Source of the DNA: an uncultured bacterium
GTDB lineage: Bacteria > Chloroflexota > UBA5177 > JANWHV01
Reading direction: 5' to 3'
Length of the DNA: 16,672 nucleotides
NCBI GenBank assembly: GCA_963729625.1
Contig: CAVSOU010000002.1
Coordinates: forward strand, 1 to 16,672
The position numbers and the translations under genes were made by a program. The notes under the pieces were generated by a model. It was not told the DNA's origin and searched no databases. It worked only from the letters and a program-made list of their open reading frames with translations. Of the stretch, positions 7,692 through 15,375 are shown one piece after another (position 1 is the stretch's first letter; each line of letters opens with the position of its first letter).

Positions 7692-7730
7692 CCGCCATTG
7701 GCGTGCGCGGCCTGTGCAAGCCGATGGCGG
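7692..7730 (+). terminator. long hairpin after the dehydrogenase stop, probable terminator or mRNA-stabilising stem
   Basis: CCGCCATTGGC (7692-7702) pairs with GCCGATGGCGG (7720-7730) with one G-U, plus an inner TGCGC/GTGCA stem; begins 10 nt after the TAG. Confidence 0.55.
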
Positions 7731-7890
7731 CGCCGCCGTACTCAACAGGGCAGCCGGAGGCACCGACGGTTCAACGCGTCGTTTCTTTGCAGAGGATCTT
7801 GCGAAGTAGGGACCAATGATGGAGAGTTACTTTCACGTTGAGCGTGAGCCGGGCAACCGCCCCGGAACGAAAGGCACGGAGGCACAATGG

Positions 7891-10242
7891 TCAAGCAAGC
7901 GTCTCCCGGAGTGGGGCCGGCGCGCCCCGGCTCGAGCTTCGCACCTCGTCAACCAGTGCCGCCAGGTCGCTCTCGGTCAGATCGCTGAGCATCACCAGCT
8001 TGGCAATCGGCATATCCGTCAAGAAGGTCTCCTCCAGCTCCGGCGTTGCTTTGCCGGCAGCTGCTCCGGCATTGGCGCCAAACAGCTGGTGGCTCACCTT
8101 GGTGGCTAACGGCAGTAGCCGTGCCCGGCCGACCGGATGCCGTAGCCAGTCGCGAAGCGGACTCAGCATATCCAGCCTAACCGGCAGTGGATGCGTGGAC
8201 TCCACGCGCAATGACACATGAAGGCGAATATCGCGCGAGGAGGCTCCGACCAAGATGTCGAACATCTCGCTGGTGATGGTCCACGCCCCGGCCAGCGGAT
8301 CGTAGACGGCGAAATCCCGCCACTCCAGCTGGAACGTCACCGCTGCTTCCACTCCCGGCTCCAGGGCAACCTTGGCGAATGCTCGCAATTCTCGGTCCGG
8401 TCGCGGCAGGCGGGGGTGCTGCTCGTGCACATAGAGCTGGGCCACTTCGCTGCCGGCGCGCCGACCCGTGTTGCGTATGCGGACCGACACCTGAATCGGT
8501 TCGTCGTCGCACATGACTGGCTTGTCGAGCGTGAGCTCCTCGTAGCTGAACGTCGTGTATGAGAGGCCGTGGCCAAACGGGAACAGCGGAGCCACGTGAC
8601 GGGCATCGTACCAGCGGTAGCCGGTGAACAAGCCTTCTCCGAAGACCACGCTTCGGCTGCCATCGTGCGGAAAGCTCAGCAAGGCCGGTGTGTCCTCGAT
8701 CCGTACTGGGAACGTTTCCGCAAGCTTTCCTGAAGGATTGACATGGCCGATAAGCACTGCCGCGACGCCGGCGCCGCCAGCCTGGCCGCCCAAGTACGCC
8801 TCGAGAATGGCAGGAACGCGCGCCGCCCACGGGAGGGCTACCGGCGCTCCGTTGGTCAGCACCACCACGGTACGGGGTTGCACGGCGCGCACTGCTTCCA
8901 CGAGCGCGTCGTGTGCCGGCGGCAGACTCAAGTCAGCACGGTCTGCGCCCTCTAGCTCGTAGGGTGGAGGCAACCCGACCATCACGACTGCAACGCGCGC
9001 GTGTGCCGCCGCGGCTCGGGCCTCGTCCAGCAGGGCCGCGTTGGAGGTCTCCCCGGTCTCGTCGTATCCTGCGGCGTATGTCACATGTCCCGAGGAGCCG
9101 ATCAGCGCGATAAGCTGTTCATGCACGGTGTCCACGGCGCGCGAAGGCACCACTTGCGAACTGCCCGCCCCCTGGTAGCGCGGCACCCGCGCAAAGGCGC
9201 CGATCAGCGCGACCTCGGCCAGTGACTCACCTGCCAGCGGCAACAGATTCCCGTCGTTCTTCAGCAGCACAACGCTCGCCGCGGCCGCGCGGCGTGCCAG
9301 GGCGTGATCGGCAGCCATGTCGACCCTGATGCCGGGTCGGCGGGCAGCGTCTGCCCTGAGAATCATTCTGAGCAACGCACGGGCGATCTGGTCGAGACGG
9401 GTTTCCGCCAACCGGCCCTCGCGAACGGCCTGGACCACGGCCCCGACAGTTGGGCTGCCGGGCATTTGCAGGTGCATTCCCGCGTCCACCGCAGTCGCGC
9501 GGTTATTGACGGCATACCAGTCGGATACAATGCAGCCGCGATAGCCCCAGTCCTGCTCGACGATCTCATGCAGCAGATGCGGATTCTCCGTGCAGTAGGC
9601 ACCATTGAGTCGGTTGTACGCCGCCATCATCGTCCATGGCTGGCTTTCGGCAACGGCAATCTCGAACGGCCGCAGGTAGAGTTCGCGCAATACACGCTCC
9701 TCGACCCGCGAGTCGGTGATCATACGATCGGTCTCACACTCGTTGGCGACCAGGTGCTTGACCGAAGCGCCGACGCCATGTTCTTGCAGGCCGCCGACGA
9801 ACGCCGCGGCCAACTTGCCGGTGAGCACGGGGTCCTCGGAGAAGTACTCGAAGTTGCGGCCGCACAGGGGAGAGCGCTTGAGGTTCACGCCGGGGCCGAG
9901 CACGATCTGCACGTCGTTAGCCTGAGCTTCGAGAGCAATAGCCGCGCCCACATCGTGAACAAGTGCAGTGTCCCAGGTCGCGCCCAGTGCCGACTCCGTA
10001 GGAAAGCAGGTCGCGGGAATGTTATGCCCGAGGCTCATGTCCATGCCGCCGCGTGCCTTGCGCAGTCCGGTCGGACCATCGGACAGCCAGATGGAAGGGA
10101 CGCCGAGCCGCTCGATAGGCCGCGTTGTCCAGGCATCACGCCCTACGGTCAGTGACGCTTTCTCCTCCAGAGTCATCTGTACGAGCAGCGCTTCGACACG
10201 GTTGTTGAGTTCATCCGTACCTGTGGTCCGTTGGTCTGCCAC
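7891..10242 (-). CDS. glycoside hydrolase family 3 beta-glucosidase (cytosolic) with C-terminal Fn3-like domain
   Basis: MTLEEKA, SDGPTGLR, GPGVNLKRSPLCGRNFEYFSEDP, KHLVANECE, nucleophile motif IVSDW, acid/base region ELEGADR, NPSGKLAETFP, PLFPFGHGLSYTTF, GSEVAQLYV, VGASSRDIR. GAAGGAG RBS precedes GTG 10242 (783 aa); no signal peptide. Confidence 0.96.
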   Translation of the reverse strand: MADQRTTGTDELNNRVEALLVQMTLEEKASLTVGRDAWTTRPIERLGVPSIWLSDGPTGLRKARGGMDMSLGHNIPATCFPTESALGATWDTALVHDVGAAIALEAQANDVQIVLGPGVNLKRSPLCGRNFEYFSEDPVLTGKLAAAFVGGLQEHGVGASVKHLVANECETDRMITDSRVEERVLRELYLRPFEIAVAESQPWTMMAAYNRLNGAYCTENPHLLHEIVEQDWGYRGCIVSDWYAVNNRATAVDAGMHLQMPGSPTVGAVVQAVREGRLAETRLDQIARALLRMILRADAARRPGIRVDMAADHALARRAAAASVVLLKNDGNLLPLAGESLAEVALIGAFARVPRYQGAGSSQVVPSRAVDTVHEQLIALIGSSGHVTYAAGYDETGETSNAALLDEARAAAAHARVAVVMVGLPPPYELEGADRADLSLPPAHDALVEAVRAVQPRTVVVLTNGAPVALPWAARVPAILEAYLGGQAGGAGVAAVLIGHVNPSGKLAETFPVRIEDTPALLSFPHDGSRSVVFGEGLFTGYRWYDARHVAPLFPFGHGLSYTTFSYEELTLDKPVMCDDEPIQVSVRIRNTGRRAGSEVAQLYVHEQHPRLPRPDRELRAFAKVALEPGVEAAVTFQLEWRDFAVYDPLAGAWTITSEMFDILVGASSRDIRLHVSLRVESTHPLPVRLDMLSPLRDWLRHPVGRARLLPLATKVSHQLFGANAGAAAGKATPELEETFLTDMPIAKLVMLSDLTESDLAALVDEVRSSSRGAPAPLRETLA

Positions 10243-10957
10243 GTCGTCCGCTCCTTCCCGATTCCGGTGGTCGTCACTTGTTGCTGTCACGCTCCGCAAA
10301 TAGGCGTCGGCAGCAAACCTGCAACGGGCCGCGCGTAACGATGGCCGGCGTTGGCCGCTAGCGCTCAGTCTACCTCGTGGACGGCGGAGCAGATCGGCAC
10401 AAGAGGTGTGGGCTCGGCCTCGAGTTGCAGCACGCTGGCTGAGCTTGTTCCTGCGGCGCGGGCAGGGGGAAACGCCGCCCTTGCCGAGGCGGCCTTTACC
10501 GAACGGATTGGCATCGTAGAGCAGATCGGCTCCGAACTTCATGGCTTGGGTTGGCGTTGGACCTTTGCGGAGGGATACGCTAGCAGAGCCGAAAGCTCCA
10601 TGGCGCGCGGGATAAGCCGGCGCATCACTTACGGCGAAGGGTCGTGCTTGTCCGGGTCGCCATAGAGCGCCGCCAGGCCAAACGTGTGGCGAGACATTCG
10701 TGGACCCGGATCTCTGCCCCGCATCGCTGCGTTCTGAGCCACGGCATTGCTACGACCGGCGCCCTGGGCTTGCCTCGTGCCGCGTACAGCTGGAAGAAAT
10801 CCCATACATCGACTTTTCTGTTCGGCACGCGAAACCGGCCCCACCGCGATCCGCTGGGCACGCAGGCCAACGCCACGACTGCGAAGGCAACTCGCCCCGC
10901 GTCGACACTACCGAACAGCCGCACGACTGCGTCGCGTGATGACGGCCTTCGATCCTC

Positions 10958-11194
10958 TCAGGCGAGTCGTGGCCGCAGGAGCGTCAGCCGGCGACGTTCA
11001 TCCGGAGCGGTCCCCCGAGTCCAATCGCTTATCAGCTTTTCAAGAGCACCGGCCACCAAGGCGTAAGGCGGCCTCCGGTACTCATCGGCAATCTCCTGCA
11101 ACAGAACTCGGTGGGCTGACGGTAGCGATTCGATGTAGCGGATTGTCGCTTGCCGCAGCTCCCGTTGCTCGATGGATTCATTAAATGCTGGCAA
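10958..11194 (-). CDS. small hypothetical protein, possible ribbon-helix-helix (CopG/Arc-like) DNA-binding protein
   Basis: 78 aa, GGAG 5 nt before TTG, protein-like composition; LPSAHRVLLQEIADEYRRPPYALVAGALEKLI fits a two-helix RHH hydrophobic pattern. Confidence 0.5.
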   Translation of the reverse strand: MPAFNESIEQRELRQATIRYIESLPSAHRVLLQEIADEYRRPPYALVAGALEKLISDWTRGTAPDERRRLTLLRPRLA

Positions 11195-11603
11195 GGTGTC
11201 TCCAAGGTGATCCTATGTCCGTCCCATTCGGCCATCAGTTTCATGAACGGTGTGATTCTAGCACACGAATTGCGGCTTTCGCAAGGGCATTCGGTGCGAT
11301 TTGTACGATCCGAAACGATCATGGCACAACCTTTGAGTGAGAATGACTCCGACGGATGGCGATCGCGCTGGGGCGACATACCCCAAGCTAGGCTGCTCTC
11401 AGCTATGTTAATACCAGCACGGGAATTGAGCGCCGACCCGAGGACACGGTACGTGCGAGCGCAAACGTCCGGCTGTGACAACCGACTGAGCGGGGCGCCG
11501 CACGAAGCCAGAAACGTATTGCGCGTGGCAGGGGTGCGGCGTTGTGTTTGAGGCTGCAGGCTGGGGCTGGTTCATGCCAGCTGAATCGAAGGAGAGAGCA
11601 ACT

Positions 11604-14600
11604 ATGATACGCCGTCCGGGTCGCGCTGCTCTCGCCAGCAGCGTGCTTCTGTTCCTGCTACAAGTCCCGCCGATCCAGGATACGGCACGCGCGATCGCGG
11701 CGCAGCAGGCCATGGCCTCGTTCCTCCCTACGCTCAGCCCTGCCGTGGCTCAGGCTCTTTCGGGTCCGGCCACCGATCACGTCATCGTCACGCTGCGCGA
11801 TCAGTATCCCGCCACGAGCTCCTCGTTGCGAAGCGAGCGGATTCCGGCGTCCCGCGCGGCTTTGTTGCGCGAGCTCAACGCGGTCGGGGCCAAGTCCTTG
11901 CATTCCTACAGGGTCGTTAATGCGGTAAGTGCCACGATTTCGATCGCAGAGGAGGCGCGGCTGCGCGGCGATCCGGCCGTGCTCAGCGTGGCGGCGGATC
12001 GCGTGATTCGTCTGCTTGCACCTGCGCCAATTGGGCACATCCCGGTGCCGGGTATCGGTAGCAACGACGCCTCTTCGCAGGCATCCGACCCGCTGACTCC
12101 TGCCTGCACAACGAGCAGGACGCCTTCTCTGGAGCCCGAAGCGCTTCAACTGACCGATACGGCCTTCTCCAACCCGAGCGTGGCGCAGGCGCAACGGCTC
12201 CGCTCCGGCACGGGCGCCCTGATCAACGGCCAGGGTGTGAAGGTTGCGTACATTGCCGACGGCGTCGATGTCCACAATCCGGACTTCATACGCAATGGCA
12301 AGTCGGTTTTCGTGGACTACCAGGACTTCAGCGGGGACGGACCGAACGCGCCTACCGGAGGTGGGGAGGCATTTCTTGACGCGAGCTCCGTCGCGGCGCA
12401 GGGTCATCAGGTGTATGACGTCAATGCGTGGCTCGTCAATAAGCTAGCCAAGCCGTGCCCGATCCGCATCCTCGGCATGGCGCCAGGCGCCGAGCTGGTC
12501 GGGCTCAAGGTGTTCGGGAGGACAGACGCGACGACCGAGTCGGCGTTCGTGCAGGCCATCGATTATGCTGTCTCCGTGGACAAAGTTGACGTACTCAATG
12601 AGTCGTTCGGGGGCAACCCGTACCCCGATCTCGCGAATGACCCGATTAGCATGGCCAACAGCAACGCGGTGTCCGCCGGAGTGACCGTCACGGTGTCCAG
12701 CGGCGACGCGGGCGCGGCCAGCACTATTGGCTCACCGGGCACCGACCCGGGGGTGATTGCGGTGGGCGCCAGCACGCAGTTTCGTGCTTATACGGAGGCC
12801 GGAAACGACGGGATCACCCTTGGCACCGGATACGTCGACAACAATATATCCTCGCTCAGCTCGGGCGGTTTCGCACAAACCGGACCCCGGACGGTCGACG
12901 TAGTGGCTCCGGGCGATCTCGGTTGGGCCCTCTGTACAGCTACGCTGAAGGGGCCATCGCGCTACTCCGATTGCACCAACGCCAACCAAAAGAAGTCGTC
13001 GCCGATCCAATTGAGCGGGGGCACCAGTGAGGCGGCGCCACTAACCGCCGGCGAGGCGGCCCTGGTCATCCAAGCGTATCGCAGCACGCATCACCACGCC
13101 TCACCCACTCCCGATCTGGTGAAGCAAATCATCATGAGCACGGCGACAGACCTCGGCATATCCGCCACGCAGCAGGGTGCAGGGCTCATTGACAGCTACC
13201 GTGCAGTGCAAGCCGCGCTTTCGTACCGAGACTCGGTTGCAACGCCGTCGCCGCGCGCCGGGCGACTGCTGGTCAACGACACGACGGCATTTACGGCGAC
13301 GGACAAGCCCAACACGACTGAACGCCTCGCGTTCGACATTAGGAACGCGGGCAGCCAGGCGCAGCGCATCGCTCCGAAGCTGCTCGCGCTTGACAAGACG
13401 GTGTTCCACGCGGACTATGGTCTCCACCTCGACCCGCTTAGCGATCCGCTCACATTCGTCAATCAAGACGGCACGGATCGCGCGTTCGTTGCGCAAACGT
13501 TCAAGGTTCCGCCCGGCGTGCAGAGACTGAACGCATCCATCGCCTGGCTAGCACTGCAGGAGTCCTCGTCCGTAGTCGTTCTCAACTTGTTCGATCCCAG
13601 CGGCCGTCTGACTGCAGTGTCCGACCCACAGAACGCTGCGCCGGGGACCAGCAGTGGGTTCGGCCAGGTCGACGTGAGGACTCCCCGGGCCGGCATGTGG
13701 ACCGCACTTATCTGGACGCGCGCCAGAGCGGTCAGTACGTCGTACTACGGTGCCGTGCTGCTCTCAGTTAGTGGTTTTCGCTACGCGAGCGCCGGCACGG
13801 TGACTCCCGCCGAAGTAACGCTTCCGGCTGGCCATACCGCGACCTTCACCGCCATCACACGCTTGCCAGGCTCTCCCGGCGACCGCGTCGAAGAGATCGT
13901 CTTCCCGTCGCCGAGCGGATCGACGACGCTGATGGGCGCCATACCGGTGACCGAGCGCGCGCTGGTGCCGCTGACGCGCTCAGGCGGCTCATTCTCGGGC
14001 ACGATTACCGGCGGGAATGGCCGCGGCGGATCGCCAGGACAGACGCTCAGCTACCAGTTCGACCTGCCGGCGGGGTTGCACAACCTCGGCCTGGGACTGC
14101 GCGTCGCCGATCCGAACAATAATCTCGAGGCGGTTCTCGTGGATCCGACCGGACAGCCCGTGGACGTGCAGACGACGGCCGGGGCCATAGGCAATTCCGG
14201 CCTGCCAACGTACTACACCGGGGCGATGCAATTCTTCCGCCTCAACCCGATGGCGGGCCGATGGTTGTTCGTGCTGTTTGTCAACGACGCGGTGGGAGCC
14301 CTGGCCACGGCGCAGCCGTTCGAGGCGGTTATCGCCTTCACTGGCGTCCGCATGCTCACTCGCGGCATACCCGATAACGTGCACACGCTGCTTCGAGCGG
14401 GAAAGGCGGTGAACGCGGCGATCTTGGTCGAGAACACCGGGGTAACGGCGAAGGATGTGTTTCTCGACCCACGGCTGGCCGGTACGGCGCGCGTGCCGTT
14501 GCAGGCGCCCGATTCGTTCAGCTTGACGCTTCCGATCACAGGCAGCCAGTTGCCGGCATTCATCATCCCGCCAGAGGTGAGCAGCGTGACGTTCAACGCT

Positions 14601-15101
14601 CAGTCACCGACACCGATGGCCTTTGCCGTTACGCCATTCAGCGGCACGCCGCCCTTCGGGGGTACGGGCAGCCCGGACATCTACCAATCCAGCGGCCCCA
14701 GCATCGATCGCGCCACCGGCGATTACGTCGCGTCCCTCACCGTGCAGGCGCCGGAGTTGGCGTCCGGAGCCTGGCAAGCGGAGCCGGAGCAGGTAGGACC
14801 CTTCGGCAACGGCGGCGTAGGGCCGAGCACCTTTGACGTCTCGGCCACGGCTATAGGACAGCCGTTCGATCGCCAGGTGACCACCACAACGACGGACGAC
14901 ATCTGGTCGCCGTTCGCAACGCGTTTCCGCACGGTGGTGATTGGGCCGCTTCACATTCGCGAGCTCGACCTGCGGATCACCCCGGCGGGGCCGCCGGGCC
15001 ACGTGGTGCGCGGGTATATCTACCTGGACACGTTCAATCCCAACAGCATAAGTGGAGACGAGCTCGCGGCGATTCCATACGCCTATACGATAGGACGGTA
15101 G
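11604..15101 (+). CDS. secreted multidomain subtilase (clan SB, S8/S53) with I9-like propeptide and C-terminal beta-sandwich repeats
   Basis: AAGGAG RBS before ATG 11604 (1165 aa). Signal peptide; propeptide (HVIVTL...SYRVVNAVSATI...DPAVLSVAADR); GQGVKVAYIADGVD, GMAPGAEL, VDVLNESFG, SSGDAG, VIAVGA, DVVAPG, GGTSEAAP, QQGAG. Confidence 0.93.
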   Translation: MIRRPGRAALASSVLLFLLQVPPIQDTARAIAAQQAMASFLPTLSPAVAQALSGPATDHVIVTLRDQYPATSSSLRSERIPASRAALLRELNAVGAKSLHSYRVVNAVSATISIAEEARLRGDPAVLSVAADRVIRLLAPAPIGHIPVPGIGSNDASSQASDPLTPACTTSRTPSLEPEALQLTDTAFSNPSVAQAQRLRSGTGALINGQGVKVAYIADGVDVHNPDFIRNGKSVFVDYQDFSGDGPNAPTGGGEAFLDASSVAAQGHQVYDVNAWLVNKLAKPCPIRILGMAPGAELVGLKVFGRTDATTESAFVQAIDYAVSVDKVDVLNESFGGNPYPDLANDPISMANSNAVSAGVTVTVSSGDAGAASTIGSPGTDPGVIAVGASTQFRAYTEAGNDGITLGTGYVDNNISSLSSGGFAQTGPRTVDVVAPGDLGWALCTATLKGPSRYSDCTNANQKKSSPIQLSGGTSEAAPLTAGEAALVIQAYRSTHHHASPTPDLVKQIIMSTATDLGISATQQGAGLIDSYRAVQAALSYRDSVATPSPRAGRLLVNDTTAFTATDKPNTTERLAFDIRNAGSQAQRIAPKLLALDKTVFHADYGLHLDPLSDPLTFVNQDGTDRAFVAQTFKVPPGVQRLNASIAWLALQESSSVVVLNLFDPSGRLTAVSDPQNAAPGTSSGFGQVDVRTPRAGMWTALIWTRARAVSTSYYGAVLLSVSGFRYASAGTVTPAEVTLPAGHTATFTAITRLPGSPGDRVEEIVFPSPSGSTTLMGAIPVTERALVPLTRSGGSFSGTITGGNGRGGSPGQTLSYQFDLPAGLHNLGLGLRVADPNNNLEAVLVDPTGQPVDVQTTAGAIGNSGLPTYYTGAMQFFRLNPMAGRWLFVLFVNDAVGALATAQPFEAVIAFTGVRMLTRGIPDNVHTLLRAGKAVNAAILVENTGVTAKDVFLDPRLAGTARVPLQAPDSFSLTLPITGSQLPAFIIPPEVSSVTFNAQSPTPMAFAVTPFSGTPPFGGTGSPDIYQSSGPSIDRATGDYVASLTVQAPELASGAWQAEPEQVGPFGNGGVGPSTFDVSATAIGQPFDRQVTTTTTDDIWSPFATRFRTVVIGPLHIRELDLRITPAGPPGHVVRGYIYLDTFNPNSISGDELAAIPYAYTIGR

Positions 15102-15295
15102 GGAAGGGTGCTCGGCGTGGCCGTTGGGCTTAGCGCCGCCACGCTCGGGCTCGGTCGCGATAGTTGTTCAGCAGCAGATGGAGCAGATGCGCTGCTTGCC
15201 GGTGCCCGCCGCAGGCTGAAGCAACCCAGCTCGCGGCAGTTAGGTGCTGTTGCGCCGCATGGCTGACCATGACAGTTCGGAATGCACGGTGTCAT
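15083..15295 (-). CDS. possible small Cys-rich protein (70 aa)
   Basis: Minus-strand AGGAGG (+ 15304-15309) lies 8 nt before ATG 15295; MTPCIPNCHGQPCGATAPNCRELGC followed by a Ser/Pro/Ala-rich tail. No family recognised. Confidence 0.3.
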   Translation of the reverse strand: MTPCIPNCHGQPCGATAPNCRELGCFSLRRAPASSASAPSAAEQLSRPSPSVAALSPTATPSTLPYRPIV

Positions 15296-15316
15296 CAAGC
15301 GGGCCTCCTATACAAT
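15289..15316 (+). promoter_or_regulatory. candidate sigma70 promoter for the P450
   Basis: TACAAT at 15311-15316 with a weak -35 GTGTCA (15289-15294), 16-nt spacer. Confidence 0.4.
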
Positions 15317-15375
15317 GAGGAGCAGTGCCGCGCCCCTGCACGCGGCGGTGCTTGCCGCTTGGAGATTGGACGAAG

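Noticed and set aside
7678-7692. GTAGACC tandem duplication at the dehydrogenase stop as a target-site duplication
   Set aside because: Only 7 bp, with no mobile element or inverted ends nearby.
283-10155. Long antisense or alternate-frame ORFs (283-1314, 3574-4659, 5400-6140, 6371-7054, 9304-10155)
   Set aside because: They shadow well-supported genes, carry no recognisable motifs, and are expected from GC-rich codon bias.
10243-10542. N-terminal extensions in the ORF track for GH3 (also dehydrogenase 6425-6646 and UroD-like 3343-3411)
   Set aside because: Low-complexity Arg/Ser/Gly-rich translations with no family similarity; better RBS-linked starts lie downstream.
11250-11320. CRP site or c-di-GMP riboswitch in the AT-richer gap before the protease
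   Set aside because: TGTGA is followed by GCACA at 5-nt rather than 6-nt spacing, and the GAAA-containing hairpin lacks the rest of the c-di-GMP consensus.
15099-15266. In-frame 52-codon ORF after the protease TAG (VLGVAVGLSAATLGLG...ARRRLK) as a readthrough membrane anchor
   Set aside because: The hydrophobic stretch is short and Gly/Ala-rich, YAYTIGR looks like a natural terminal strand, and open frames of this length are common at high GC.
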